NCBI RefSeq assembly: GCF_006345805.1
Contig: NC_043012.1
Coordinates: 47,926,001-47,990,000, forward strand
Origin: Octopus sinensis
Taxonomy: Eukaryota
DNA: 64,000 bases
Direction of reading: 5' to 3'
Positions 1 through 13,694 of this stretch are shown one piece after another; position 1 is the first letter of the stretch; every line of letters begins with the position of its first letter. The notes beneath the pieces were generated by a model. The model saw nothing but the letters and a program-made list of their open reading frames with translations. It was not told the origin of the DNA and searched no databases. The position numbers were made by a program, and so were the translations under genes.

Positions 1-158
1 ATCGAACCCAGTGCGTAACTGGTACTTAATTTATCGACCCTAAAAGGATGAAACGCACTGTCGATCTCGGCGGAATTTGAACTCAGAACGTAGCGTCATA
101 CGAAATACCGCTAAGCATTTTGCCCGGTGTGCTAACGTTTCTGCCTTCTCGCCGCATT
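1..158 (-). mobile_element. tRNA-derived SINE, family A, 5' part (runs off the window start)
   Basis: Reverse complement reads GCGGCGAGAAGGCAGAAACGTTAGCAC...GTTCTGAGTTCAAATTCCGCCGAG, with A-box and B-box-like motifs. A homologous copy lies on + at 37553-37773. Confidence 0.8.
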
Positions 159-288
159 AGTAAAGGTTTCAGTAGAGGTTTGTGTTCTACGTCATACGTA
201 CATATTACGGGTATTTCTCACACATTTCACTAATGTTATAACGAAATGTATATTAGAAATTTATAGTGAAATGTATTGATATAATACA

Positions 289-348
289 GCGGCGAGCTGG
301 CTTCGTGGAAGCATTTTGTCCCACGGTCTAATGATTCTGTCAGCTTGC
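289..348. repeat. Two SINE family A head fragments in opposite orientation
   Basis: GCGGCGAGCTGGC on + (289-301) is followed by the reverse complement of GCAAGCTGACAGAATCATTAGAC...CAAAATGCTT (309-348). Both match the family A head. Confidence 0.5.
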
Positions 349-403
349 GTTTTCGCAAGATACATAACGTAATGCCCAACTAAAACAATCAGTGTACTTA
401 ATA

Positions 404-407
<4 letters not shown>

Positions 408-480
<73 letters not shown>

Positions 481-483
481 GTA

Positions 484-560
<77 letters not shown>

Positions 561-575
561 TGAGTGTGTGTGTAT
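408..575. repeat. Compound (TA)n/(TG)n microsatellite (one of dozens in the window)
   Basis: Directly visible. It generates the spurious YIYI and THTH ORFs. Confidence 0.95.
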
Positions 576-837
576 CAGGTTGAGTAAAACGTAAGCAACC
601 CTTTGAACCATGAAGAATTTGTACCGGATTTTTGCAGTTTGGCATTTTTTAAAACCGTTGTTACAGTCATCTCTCTGACCGAGTTGATCATAATTTTTGT
701 TTGTGCGCTGTTCGAAAGGTTTGGTGTAAGTTGTAATATTTGGGCATAATTGTTGAATTTGCACTGTTGATTTATTACGTTGTTGAACTTTTGTTGAGTG
801 TTGTTTAAGCACCAATTTTTCTTCTTATGGCAGAACA

Positions 838-1900
838 TTGTTGATGTTTACCCCTTGTGTGAACCGGGAAAATATTGTATTTAAAAAAATAATAAATAAA
901 GACAAATCCCCTTTTACAACCAAGACCAGTAGTGAACCAGGTACAAGTCAAAATATCAGAAGCGGAGAATCCAGCACAGTTTTAATTAGCATGCCAACAG
1001 AAAAACGGGTTTATGCAAGGAAGAAAAGCTTGCAATTTTGCAGCAGCGGGTGGTGTTTCAAAAAAGGCAATGAATTGTGGAAGAGATGAGCTCGGAAAAT
1101 ACAAAGGTTTCAAGAAAAGGGAGGGGAGCGAAACAGCGATTTCCTTTCTCAGTGAAACGACGTAGAATGACCAAAGTAAAAAAAAAAAGAAAAGGATAAC
1201 GCAAGTAAATAGGCGGTAGAGCTGTGTCTCCATCCAGTTTGGAACGACGTGGCATAAATCACCAGGGGAATGATATACCACTATAGAGGTCCGATTTAAA
1301 ACCGAGGAAAAGGCAAAACAAGCATCAACGGGGCCATTAAAAACTGCGGAGATGGTTCTCCTATATACTTATCTTGAAGACGGAATTCCAAGATTAAGGT
1401 AGGTGACATCCCACTCGAAGTAGATCCCGCTTGGCTGGTGGCAGTCATAATAAACGATTGGAGGATTAGATCACAATTCTCTAAGCCTCAGCGCTCGGAC
1501 TGTAGAATTGGCAGGGGAAGGCCTCGAAATGATTATTCAGGCTGCCCCGGCTGGTTTAGAAAATATCTTAGAAACTATACAGGTGGGGAAAACTAAACTG
1601 CTAGTCAAGGTAGAGGGGATGATGCACCGTTGCTACAAGTGCAGTCAAAAAGGCCACATTTGGGCCAAATGCAAACCTCCTCCCGAAAAAGCAACAATTC
1701 CCCACTTGAAGAAATACAAAAGAAGCTGCAGGTGAAATGTAGGATGAAACTTCGGAAAATGAAACAGAGGAATAGGATATAGATGAAGCCCAAGGAGAAA
1801 GGTGGGAAATTTTCTCTAGGAAAAGCGAAAAAGACCCTCACCATACAACCCCACAAGCCCTACTTCAAAACAAAGCAAAGCAAAAAAACCAAAAAAAAAA
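838..1900 (+). pseudogene. Decayed ORF1 (gag-like) of an L1/Tx1-type non-LTR retrotransposon
   Basis: CCHC zinc knuckle CYKCSQKGHIWAKC (C-x2-C-x4-H-x4-C) at 1631-1672 in ORF 1508..1735. Upstream frames are broken by stops and frameshifts, and an ORF2 start follows. Boundaries are approximate. Confidence 0.7.
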
Positions 1901-2151
1901 ACAAATCACACAACTACAAAAAAGTAACCAAAAACTACGAGGGGAAAAACAACCCTTAAACCATTGATATTTATAAAATAGACAGAGCCAATTATAACAT
2001 GTTGGCAAATGGATTTAAAAACTTGGACCCTCTGAGGAAAGACTTTTCCCTACTAATGTTTCAGGGCGAAAATCAAAAGGAGTGAAATGAACATACCACC
2101 CCATCTCATACTGTAAGTATAACCATTATGGATATTGTTAATGTAGGGTGA

Positions 2152-2244
2152 TTGAGTGTACGAGGCCTGGGGTCAGAATGAAAAGAATGTCGTTTCCTAA
2201 ACGACCTCAGGTCGTATAGAATGGGTATTATAGTTACCGCAGAG
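2152..2244 (+). pseudogene. N-terminus of LINE ORF2 apurinic-like endonuclease (truncated)
   Basis: Translates LSVRGLGSE*KECRFLNDLRSYRMGIIVTAE, matching the NVRGL...DIIxxxE start of APE domains, just downstream of the zinc-knuckle ORF1. Confidence 0.65.
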
Positions 2245-2639
2245 TTGCCTCCCCACTTTGCCCCATCCTCCCACTGCAGAAGCCAACCCTCACCCGCCCC
2301 ACCTATAGCTACAAACACACAATCAGCCACTCGATGAGTTGTGTGAGGAATCTGGACGAGTTAATAAAAGTCGATATTAAAGGGTGTGAGGGAGTGCCCG
2401 CTTTTAAAAATGTATTAATGGACAGAAAGAACTCGCAAAGATTAGGTGAGGATTACGGGAGAAATGCCATTATCACACAAAAGAAAATTGGTATCATGGA
2501 AGTGCAGTCAAAGTTAAGCTAACATGAACTTTTAATTATTCACTTGCGCTATTTATTTACGAACGATAAAAAAAAGAGTTCCATGGTCGAATTTATCTGT
2601 CTTCCTTACGTCACTCTGCGTAGCATCTTGGCCAAGTGT

Positions 2640-2709
2640 ATTCTGCTATATCCTCAGGCTGGCTAAAAGCCTTGTGAGTGGACTGGGTAGATGGAAACTG
2701 AAAGAAGCC

Positions 2710-2716
<7 letters not shown>
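2640..2716 (+). mobile_element. SINE family B fragment
   Basis: AAAGCCTTGTGAGTGGACTGGGTAGATGGAAACTGAAAGAAGCCC followed by (TA)n, matching the copies at 5430-5950, 31788-32160 and 53865-54032. Confidence 0.75.
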
Positions 2717-2753
<37 letters not shown>

Positions 2754-3173
2754 ACGCACACAAGCACAAGCATACATACTCACGTACATGGATGTATATA
2801 CCTGTGTGTTTACGTGAGAGGCATGTCTTTGTGTTCCTGTGTTCTTTAAGTTACACTCGGCGTCTGGCTGCCGCCTTGTACCTTAGGGATGTGACAAATA
2901 GGATCGTTAAATCAAATAAGAATGACTGGTCATCGTCTGATGGGTAAAAAGCTTTCATCTCTTAGGGTGTCCAGTTTAGGCACAATCCAAAAAATTCCGT
3001 AACGGAAACAATCAAAAGAGTAAAACACTCCCAAGATGGCTGGTATCAAAGTTAACTGCAGTTATCATATTTTCCATTCGATTAAATTGCGCCATGAAAT
3101 AACTCAAAATGTAGTTTCAAATTTAATCATGAACATTATTCTCAGAAGCATTATTTTTTTCTCTCGGTGCTGA

Positions 3174-3614
3174 TATGGTTCATGGTCTCAAAAATTTGTC
3201 CTACGAAGAAAGGCTGAGGACGCTCGACCTTTATTCTCTTGAAAAACGCCGCCGCCGTGGTGATCTCATTCTCGCCCACAACATCATAAGCGGAAAGTGT
3301 AACCTCTCGAAAGAGCTGTTCTTCACTCCTGCTCCAGAGCGTCGGCTGCGGGGTCATTCCGAAAAGCTCTACCTGCGACGATTTCATCTCAATCGAAGGA
3401 GAGGAGCTTTCTCCGTCCGGGTTGCGGATCCGTGGAACAAGCTGCCAGACGAGATGGTGAAGATGCCGACGACCGCTTTGTTCAAAGCCTCCCTTGACCT
3501 CAAGTGGCCTGAACTCTTTACATGAAGACCACCCTGTACTTAACTCCATGTCCCCCTACATGGCCTTGCTATTTGCTTTTGAGCCAAATTAACTAACTAA
3601 CTAACTAACTAACT
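3174..3614 (+). mobile_element. 5'-truncated CR1-clade LINE: ORF2 C-terminus, 3' UTR stem-loop, (TAAC)n tail
   Basis: ORF 3175..3525 has LSYEERL...SLEKRRRRGDLI...LRGHSEKL...FSVRVADPWNKLP...FKASLD, typical of the CR1 ORF2 C-terminus. Hairpin CCATGT/ACATGG at 3546-3563, then (TAAC)n at about 3590-3614. Confidence 0.9.
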
Positions 3615-4643
3615 TAAATCCTGCTCTAATTTCATTTAAATACCACAGATATTTTCTGAAATCCGAATGTTTGTACCTCGTCTTATATTTAGGTTAGTAT
3701 TAGCGAGAAGTGGTATGGTTTTATTTTTAGAAGAGCAAAAATTAGAACACGATGACAGTTTACTAATTTTAGCTCAATACTGTTTATATAAAGAGGATAG
3801 GCTCTATCATTTTATTACATACGTAAGGAAGACAGATAAATTCGACCATGGAACTCTTTCCTTTTTTTTATCGTTCGTAAATAAATAGCGCAAGTGAATT
3901 AATTCTGTGTATTATCTGTACAATCTGCCCATCCTGGTTTTTTTACTTTACTTACGTTTGTTAATTTTTACGTTAATAGATGTTCGCAATATGTTTGATA
4001 GATACTTTTTCTAAGGTTGTGTATATCATCCGTGCATATCTTACAGTATTGTAAAAACTTTCTAGATTTCACTACTGTATGCGAATTGATGACATGCATT
4101 TTTCTTTTTGACGTCTTAATATATAAGACACCAAGTCGCATTTTTTTGGGGTGGTGTTGTCGAGGGGAAGCCACGTTACCGGAATGAACATAGGGTAAAA
4201 GCCGGAGAAAAAAAAAAGCAAAGAGCAAATGTTATGTGGAACAGAGATTAGAAAGATGGATAAAGATCTTTGATTTAAAAAGCCAGGAAGAGTAATGCTA
4301 AGACAAATAGTAAGCAAGAGAGACAGACAAAAGAGAAAAAACAGTGACATATAAGGCAGGAGGAAAAGATAGATTGCAAAAGAAAAATGTCTGCATAGAA
4401 TGATATGTAGAAAGAAGACACAGAGTTTTACAACGGAGATGGAGTGTTATAAAGGCGAAACGAACTACAGAGAAAATGATAAGTTTCGTTAATGTAACAG
4501 AATGATATTAATGGATAATATCGACTTCAGATGTATAAACATTGGGAAATGGATAAAAGAGGCAAAGATAGATTTTAATTAAAAGCAAAAAGAGAAAAAC
4601 AAATGTAAGATGTACTTACATACATATACGTTTGTGTATTGTT

Positions 4644-4723
<80 letters not shown>

Positions 4724-5429
4724 GTATATATATATATACTTCGAAATATAAATATACATTCACCTACTTTTTTGAAATGCAGGCATGTTAAATTTATCTA
4801 TTTCTCTGTAGTTTGAAAAGTGCTGAATAGCCATAATTTGTTTTAGGTACACATTGGGGGTCTCGTCAGAAGTGTCTATAACATTTGACCTACCAATCAC
4901 GTGCGCGCGCTCACGCACGCACGCACTCACAAAACCATATATGCATATATGTATGTATTTATATATGTATGTGTGTATGTATGTAAGCGTGAATAAATGT
5001 AGAACAGCTTTTGGTTTAGTCTTCATATATTGAAAACACAAATACATTATAATGCGTATTTATACTTTTATTGTTATATTTTCTCATCCACCTATCATAG
5101 TTCGCTGGGAGTAATAATATTTCTAAATTCATTTTTACCATTATTTTGAAGCTATCTAAACCAGAATTTCGGGGTTTGGCGTGATTTTGGATTTTGCAGT
5201 GCATCTTTTCAAGTGCTTTTATTCAGACTTTACAGCCACAATCTGACTGTTGGAAACTTAGAGTTCCAAGTTGAAGGAGAAACATTTTGGCCGTCAACCG
5301 CGATGTATTTTCCTTGGGTGTGATGTGTATACATTATATGTTAATTAAAGTTCTCTCCTATGACATGAGGGAAGTTTCCATAAGAAAACCGTATAACCGT
5401 GCGGAATGCTATAAAGCATGAATAAGTGA

Positions 5430-5505
5430 TGTCTTCTAATATAGCTTCGGGCCGACCAAAGCCTTGTGAGTGGATTTGGTAGACCGAAACTGAAAGAAGC
5501 CCATC

Positions 5506-5569
<64 letters not shown>

Positions 5570-5587
5570 TATATATATATTATATAT

Positions 5588-5681
<94 letters not shown>

Positions 5682-5950
5682 TGTATGTATGTATGTATGT
5701 ATGTATGTATGTATGTATGCATGTATGTGTGTGTGTGTGTTTATGTGTTTGTGTTTGTCCCACAACATCCTTGACAACCGATAGTGGTGTGTTTACGTCC
5801 CCGTCACTTAGCGGTTCTGGTAAAAGAGACCGATATAATAAGTACTAGGCTTACAAAGAATAAATCCTGGGGTCGATTTGCTCGACTAAAGCGCGGTGCT
5901 CCAGCATGGCCACAGTCAAATGGCTGAAACAAGTAAAAGAGTAACAGAGT
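5430..5950 (+). mobile_element. SINE family B with expanded internal (TA)n/(TATG)n microsatellite
   Basis: Left body GGGCCGACCAAAGCCTTGTGAGTGG..., then microsatellite, then right body ending GCGGTGCTCCAGCATGGCCACAGTCAAATGGCTGAAACAAGTAAAAGAG. The same layout appears at 31788-32160 on -. Confidence 0.85.
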
Positions 5951-8652
5951 ATCTGTCTCTGCTTTAAGTTGTGCGATGTCAAGTGTTCTTATTGTCTTTT
6001 TTTCTGAAATGCAGGGTGAGCTAGCAAGAGAGTGTGGTAATTGCGTGACTAATGTAAAATGCACGGTAAACGAACGAGAAGGCATGTACGTGTTTGTTTA
6101 ATGTAACACAATCGAGAAATTTGTAGCTTTCTATTTTAAAGTTCAATTTATGTATTACATTGGCCACTTGTAGTTTATTCTCGGGTTTATATATCTGTAG
6201 TGTGTTGGTAATGAGGAAGTTTTTAACATACACACACACACACACACACACAGAGGAGGGGAGAAAGTGTGAATGAGGGATAGATTAGTGTAAAAGATGA
6301 ATAGATACAGAAATTAAGTATTTGGAGGATTCAGCGAAAATAATACAGGATCAAAATGGTGTGTGTATAAATGAGGAAACGAAGATAATCTTATAAATAT
6401 ACGGAAGGATGAAGAAATTCTTAGTCATAGGAAAAAAAATGTGGGAGTGTTTCACAGACAGAGCACAAAGTTCGACGGTTACGGTAAAACAACAACAAGA
6501 AAAACGAGAAGTGTTGTAAAACAATGATAATCACAAGAAGACGCAGAAAGAAGGGTTGGAATAAACGGAAAGAAAAAGTGAAATAATACTTAATACAAGA
6601 GCAAAAATGGAGCAAGCTTTGTAGCAGAAACATTCAGAAGTAATAAAAGGAGACGGAAATAAACCTCATCGTTTTTTACTGTTACTACTTCAATTCTTTC
6701 ATAATTGCTATGTCACGTTGCTGCAAGAAAAGTACAATAAAAACCAGAATACTTTTTGTCGTTAATTTTCATTTTGAAATCTTTGTTTCCTAAATCCATT
6801 TCATTTATTTCAAATTACTTTCTTTTTATAATTTCTGCTTTAAATTAAATACGAAGAAACCATTTCAGCCTGCAGGCTCACAGAACTTACTGGAACATAA
6901 ATGTTTAATTAGTAATTGCTGAGTAAGCATGGTTTTAAACTGGAATGGGCAAATCGTCACACTTATTTTAGTTTATCTTCATTAATGATACTGTAAGACT
7001 ATAAAACGTTGTGTTTCTCTGTTTCTGAAATAATGGAATTTTCAAAAATTTCAAATTATTTTTGGACGTATTTTAGAGATTTCTATAACCTTTTTTACGA
7101 CATGCATATGAAACAATATAAAAGAGAGGAAATAAATAAGAAGAAATGAGAAAGAGGTGGAGAGAGAAATGAAAACTAGATAAAACGAGGGAAATAGAGG
7201 AGTGTAGGGGATGCTTATATATGAAAGGGGAAAATGAGAAAGTGAGCTCGTCATATGCGTGGAGTACAAGATAGAGAGTAAATACAAAAGAGCTAGAATA
7301 ACGAAGCAGTGAATTGTGAGAGCCTCTGTTTCCGAAAAACTGTGAAATCAACAGATAGAAGCACGAAAGAGAAAGGATTGAATAATAAAAAAAAGAACAA
7401 AGAGAGAGGGGGGAAAGAGAAGAGGTATAACACGATGTGAAAGTATAATGAATTAAACCAGTAAAATAGATAATGATCGTGGAAGATGATAAGAAAATTG
7501 GGTAAAATTTATAATTGGAAAAGATGAGTGTGAAAACGTTAATATACAAAAGAGGCTTTGTTTGAAAAATAGTCATAGAGATTAGAAAAATATACTTATA
7601 AATGTAGAATAGGATATATTCAGGTGATTAAAGTAATGCTGTAGAATTGTCTTTAAATTACTGCCTGCACGAATAAGAAAGATTCAGAGGATAGGAATTG
7701 GCTGTGAGAAATAGCTACATAATGCAATGTAATATTATATATGAAAGAGTGACAGAAAGTGTGAAAGAGCGAGAAAGAAGATAGATATTCGAAAAGAGTG
7801 CCTCAAAAAGAATAGAGAGTTGTAAAGACAGAAATGAGAGCTTGTGCCGAAATATAATAGATGCGTAAGCATTGATATTTTATAGGGCTGGCTCAAATAT
7901 TTTCAATAATGCAATGATATTGAGTTGTTTTCAATATTCAATCAAAATCGAATAGTATTGTTTATATTTTAATAAAAAGGTAGTTTTCATAATTTTTTTC
8001 TTATTTTATTTTACAATGTTATATAGATTTGAACAGAAACCTGGAAAGTGTTAAATTGCTTCATTGTAAATGAAATAGTGTCACAGCAGCAATGTATGTT
8101 TCGGGAGAAAAAAAAAGAGGCTTTTATAATATACATTACAGTTCAAATACCACAAACGCATATAATTAAACGGTTTAGAGAAGATACATGGCATGAAAGC
8201 TATTATGAGGACGACCTTCAATTGTAAATTACGAAATTACACTTTTCAGACAATTGTTATATAGGAAACAAAGCCAAAATTTATCGGGATATGGAAGCGT
8301 CTAAACAGTTTCATTTAATAAAGAGATTATTTCGTAACAAACTGGCATAAGATATTTGCATAATGTCGGTTATGCAAATACTACAGAAAACTGACGTTCC
8401 AAAAAAGCATGATAAGTGAAGAATCAAACGGATCTATTGAATCACAAGTCGATAACTTAGAATTCCGTATAAAATGTTTGATGAAAAAGTAAACGCCTCC
8501 ATTAAGCACGCTGTTTTAATAGAATGAAATGTTCTTATTTTAATATTTACTTTAGAATGGTGTATGAAACCATTATAATCACATTGGTTAACACTCATTC
8601 TCTTTGATTCATATATACACATACATACAGACACGCACACGCACACACATGC

Positions 8653-8717
<65 letters not shown>

Positions 8718-8743
8718 TATAAGCATAGAACATATATGTTTGC

Positions 8744-8797
<54 letters not shown>

Positions 8798-9222
8798 ACG
8801 TATGTATGTATGTATATTCATTGAGTGAGAAGCGATAAATTATAGCTTTCATTATAGTATTCTTTAATCCATTGTAGCTGAAGGGATCTTAATCACAGTA
8901 CTCCGAGTTATACGTATCCTTTCGCTCAGCTGGAAATCAAATTTTGATTTCCCCTCGAAATATTTGTTGGTTCAATCTATGTTTTTGAAATACTATATGG
9001 AATTTATGTAGAAAGCATTTATCGGTGTTCTTGAAAAAAATTAAAAAAACAAAAAAAAAAACAAGCAAACGAAGAGAAAGTCAATTAAAAACACAATGCC
9101 TGTTGTAAGGTGATGTCTTTAACTTCATTTCTGGTACTTGTGGGAAAATTCTAAACTTCACTCAAGCTAGGTTTTTCTAATAAATTTTCTTGTGAACATG
9201 TGCGCTTTGCGTGTATCGGTTT

Positions 9223-9273
<51 letters not shown>

Positions 9274-9316
9274 CACACATGTACAGACACTCACACACAT
9301 ATTTGTATATATATGC

Positions 9317-9394
<78 letters not shown>

Positions 9395-10150
9395 GCACAC
9401 ATACGTGCGCGCACACACACACACACACACACATGTATATATTCAGAGAGTGAGAGAGTATATTTCCTTTCACTAGGTCCTTCATCTGTCCTTTTGTTCC
9501 ATCTCCCCCATTCCCTTGACAACGAAATCCCCCCTCTCTACCTATACCCTAACCATGCTTCTCGTCGGTCCTAATACGTACGCACATTTCTCTTCTCACC
9601 GCTTTCCATCTGTCCTCTACGTCCACGTACTTTGCTCGACTTCTCTCTAGAATCTCTCCCCTTCGTTCGTTTCCCTATCTATTTTTTATACCATTATATA
9701 GATATATACAATATCTCCTACCATGCATTTCCTCTTCTTCTATAAAGTCAAAGCCATAACTCTATTGCGAGGAGATTTCAAAATTCGTGCAACGAGAAAA
9801 TTGCTTCTGTTCTACTTTACATTCCATAATATGCATTATTATTTCAAACAGTCATTGATCGTTAGAAACGAGTTTAATAGTACGAAGTGTTACATCATGT
9901 GAATTGCCTAAGAAGTTATTCACATAAATATATATACCCTACATCCGTAATCGTGTGTATGTCTTCCTATTTTCTTACCTGATCGATACCAATCGTACTT
10001 CAAGTCGACTGTTCGACGTCTAGACTACTTTGTCATGAGAAGGAAATTAAAATTTAGCAATGTGACATTTCTGAGCACTAAACGGTGAATATCTATAATG
10101 CGACTATTAAACTACTATTTTATCACTCATTTTTCATAGACATGCATACT

Positions 10151-10214
<64 letters not shown>

Positions 10215-10264
10215 GATTTAGGAGACTTCTACGTGATTACCTTCCTTCAACTCGTCAAATGTAC

Positions 10265-11100
10265 GGGGCTTATGCGCATACACACGTGCTTTGAAGTTTC
10301 CCCCACAAGAAATAATCACATATGGACAAATCAGGAGACCGAGAGTGCCAAGGAAACCTAGAAATGAGGCGGTCACCGAAGAGAGCGCGCAGAAAGTTCA
10401 TTGTTCCTCTGTTTGCGTGGACCTTCGCCCTATCCTGCCAAAACCATATGCGTCGAATAGGCATATATCCTCGTAGTAATTCAGGCACAACGAAGTTGTT
10501 TATCATCTCGATATAACGCTAAGAGTTCACAGTAACAGCTTCTCCATTATTGTCTTCAAAAAGTAAGGACAAAGGACGTTAACGCTTCCAACAGCACACC
10601 AGACCGTCACTTTTGGGCTGTGTAGTGCTTTTTCGTGCGGTTCTATCGGATTTTCAAGACCAAAATTAAGACAGTCCTGCCGATCCATCATGCAATTGAG
10701 ATGAAAAAGATCTTCGTCACTCATTAACAAAATGAGGTTGTCAGATGTCTCAAAAATTGCTTCCATCTGACGTGCGAACTTAAGCCGCTGTCCATAGTCA
10801 GTTGGTTTCAACTATTGCCCAATAACAAGTTTGCACGGGTCGAAATGCAGGTCTTCATGCAAAATACGCCTGACCGATCGGTTACCGATACCAAGGTCAG
10901 TGACGGTTCCGTATCGTTCGTGGGGACCCATCACCTTCCTATCCATTAGTTTATCTTGTGTACGAAGTGCATTCACCGAACGTAAGATTGTATTACGGGT
11001 GTGAGGGCCTGATTTCGGTGAAGGTTGAAGTGGCACCGAAATTCAAGCTGAACAGGTGTAACACACTCGTTATTCTTCATGTAACTGTCATAGCATTTTT
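10265..11100 (-). mobile_element. Decayed Tc1/mariner-superfamily transposase, rosa/Visitor (DD41D)-like
   Basis: Consecutive ORFs carry LMSDEDLFHL (D1), HSPKVTVWCAV, WFWQDRAKVH (D2) and WHSRSPDLSICDYFLWG (D3). D2-D3 spacing is 38 in this copy. A 3-codon deletion from DD41D is inferred. Confidence 0.75.
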
Positions 11101-11460
11101 GCTTGTTGCAAAATCAGCGAATGTTTGTCACTTGGAATTATATAAATTGTGAGCAGAAGCGAACTAGTGCCATGTCTGTGGCTGAAATAGCTCGAAACCA
11201 GGCTGATCTGCTGGTCCCGTCGCTAGAAGGTGTTAGGCGTTTGCTCGCCTGCTCACAATATCTCGGATACAGCTGTACATCTTTAACCAGCTAGAGATGT
11301 CCTTTTGGGGTTAAAAAATCGCGGTAAATTTCGTTCGAACGGACAGCGATATTGAGGTGTCAACGAACATTATTTGCTTGTACAACTACTGCATTGATCT
11401 CCAAGGGAGATTTTAGAACAGTCGTTTTTGCTTGTTGCCAAATCAGTGACTGTATGTCAT
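11093..11460. repeat. Dispersed repeat, copy 1 (possibly 5' region of the adjacent transposon)
   Basis: Shares GAAACCAGGCT...GTCGCTAGAAGGT...CTAGAGATGTCCT...GGTTAAAAA with 12700-12990. It also has an internal direct repeat TTTTTGCTTGTTGCxAAATCAG near 11096 and 11424. Confidence 0.5.
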
Positions 11461-11469
11461 TTGCACTTA

Positions 11470-12687
11470 TATTGTGCCATCCCATAAATAATGCGGCTTT
11501 TTATAATCTTTTATTTAAATGAAGATAAACAAAGTTCTCTTTTAATCTAAAATATGCTCTCATTCATTTTCTACAATGCTCTTCCATCTCTCTGGTAGAC
11601 TTGCAAGGTCCCTCTTCCAAAATTCACTTTCTGTGACGAAAAATACTCCCCCACAACTATTCCGACCTCGTCTACAGAATTCATATATTTTCCGTCCAAA
11701 TGATTTCAAAGACTGCGGAATAAATGATAATTAGATGGACCAATATCCGGCAAATATGGTGGGTGGGGCATCGTTTGTCATGCAAAGTGCAGCAGCCTTT
11801 GAAATATCATCCACGCTGTATGTGGCCAAGTATTTTACTATTGGAAGAACATATTTCGTCTTGAAAGCAAAGATGGTAGTTTTTTTTCTAGTGCTGACTT
11901 AAGCCGCTCAAGCTGCTCGCAGTAGATCGTCTTTGTTATCGTTTGGTTTGGGTTTAACAGTTTGTGTGAATTAAACCTTTCCTATCTCATCAAACAGATA
12001 ACAGATAACAGAACCTTACGTGGGTGAACACCTTCTTTAGCCTGTGGACCTGGTGCTTTTCGTTTCCCTACCCACCATTTTCGGCACCTAACATTTTTAT
12101 AGAGGACCAATTTGCCGTCACCAGTTTCGAATCGACCCCAAAAAGGTTCATTTGTGATTAGACTGGAAAATTTTGTGACGAACCTATTGACTCAATTTGC
12201 TGACTTTTCCGGTGTCACGCATGTGCAAATGAATGGTTGAATGGGCAATTCGAAGTTTTTCAGCTAGTTCCTCAGCGCTTGCGATGTGATTTTCTTCCAC
12301 CAGGATTTGCAGGACGTCCTCATCGAACCCTACAGATATTTCAGAGGATCGTCTTCTAAGCTGTAGTTTCCGGCTCGGATTTTCTGGTTGATATTGGCTT
12401 ACGCTTATTGTCTGATTCTCATATACTGAATTAATATTCCTTGCACTTTTCAATGCAGTGTTGCCTTGATTGAACTTACAAAGCAAAATATGTCACTTTA
12501 AATATAGCTTTCAAACAATAACTGTTAAAATCGAGCTGCACTTTTCAAATCTTGCATTAAGAGAAAGTACGTGGTAATATTACTGCCTGCTTTTACAGCT
12601 ATTTGATGCAGTCTGTTTATACCGCCCCCTACGACTTATAGCTCATACAGCTGGAAAAAACTACGTTATTTATGGGATGACATAATA
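11470..12687 (-). mobile_element. Full-length decayed mariner (DD34D) element
   Basis: TIRs TATTGTGCCATCCCATAAATAATGCG at 11470 and the reverse complement of TATTATGTCATCCCATAAATAACG ending at 12687. The interior is the reverse complement of the 18051-19303 family, including the HTH-region ORF 12184..12486. Confidence 0.85.
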
Positions 12688-12699
12688 CATATTGCAAGC

Positions 12700-12990
12700 A
12701 AAAGTGAGCTACTGTAATCTGTAGCAGAAGTGGTGTCCAGTACTGAAGAGAGGCAGAAATTGCCAGAAACCAGGCTAGTCTGTTGGTTCGGTCGCTAGAA
12801 GGTAAGGCATCGTTCCCCTGCATGAAATACCACGAATGCAGCTATACATCGTTAACCAGTTCTAACTGGTTAAAAGAAGAATGATTTATATAAATTCTAA
12901 ATCTGTAACTAAACCGGAGGTAGTCAACATCTCTAGATGTCCTCTTGCGGTTAAAAAGATCAGTAAAATACTTTCGACGGACAGCCATGT
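12700..12990. repeat. Dispersed repeat, copy 2 (similar to 11093-11460)
   Basis: Same-orientation similarity to 11093-11460, with an internal AT-rich insertion. Confidence 0.5.
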
Positions 12991-13000
12991 AAATTTCAAC

Positions 13001-13052
<52 letters not shown>

Positions 13053-13189
13053 TGTGTGTGTGTGTGTGTGTGTCTATACATTCTTTAACTTATTTCAGCT
13101 AGAAAGATGTGGTCATTACGGGGCACTATCTACGGCTTTTCTACACCAATATTTGAAACCTCCACTCATATCTATATATTTGTGTATAT

Positions 13190-13286
<97 letters not shown>

Positions 13287-13291
13287 TACAT

Positions 13292-13365
<74 letters not shown>

Positions 13366-13376
13366 CACACACACAC

Positions 13377-13409
<33 letters not shown>

Positions 13410-13411
<2 letters not shown>

Positions 13412-13655
13412 GTTTAGATGGGCTGGACACGTCGCCCGGCTCACCGATAATCGGTGGACCCGCGCAGTTGTTGAGTGGTACCCGCGCGAGCAGAAACGAC
13501 CACCCGGAAAGCCTCCACGACGGTGGAGTTACGATTTCAAGAGGACGATTGGGATCACGTGGACGAGAAAGGCGGGATCCAGAGAGGAGTGGACCGCGTG
13601 CTGTGACCAGTGGTGTCAAATGGACGCCTGACGGCCTAGTCAGTCAAGGTGATCA
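13410..13655 (+). mobile_element. 5'-truncated RTE-clade LINE (3' end) inside (TA)n
   Basis: RWAGHVARLTDNRWTRAVVEWYPREQKRPPGKPPRRW is the typical RTE ORF C-terminus, followed by a short 3' UTR. The same family occurs at 47578-48119. Confidence 0.9.

Positions 13656-13694
<39 letters not shown>

Noticed and set aside
2334-2522. 62-aa ORF as the C-terminus of the Tx1-like ORF2
   Set aside because: No recognisable RT or C-terminal zinc motif, so its link to the upstream element is unproven.
4835-4875. Minus-strand CTGACGAGAC... as a hammerhead
   Set aside because: Stem II does not close and GAAAC is absent.
8050-8340. Old Tc1-like transposase fragment (IIKRFRE)
   Set aside because: A single short motif with no supporting catalytic residues or TIRs.
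12740-12780. CTGAAGA-GAGGCA-GAAAT-TGCCA-GAAAC as a hammerhead
   Set aside because: No NUH triplet or stem I follows, and the homologous repeat at 11093-11460 lacks the core.
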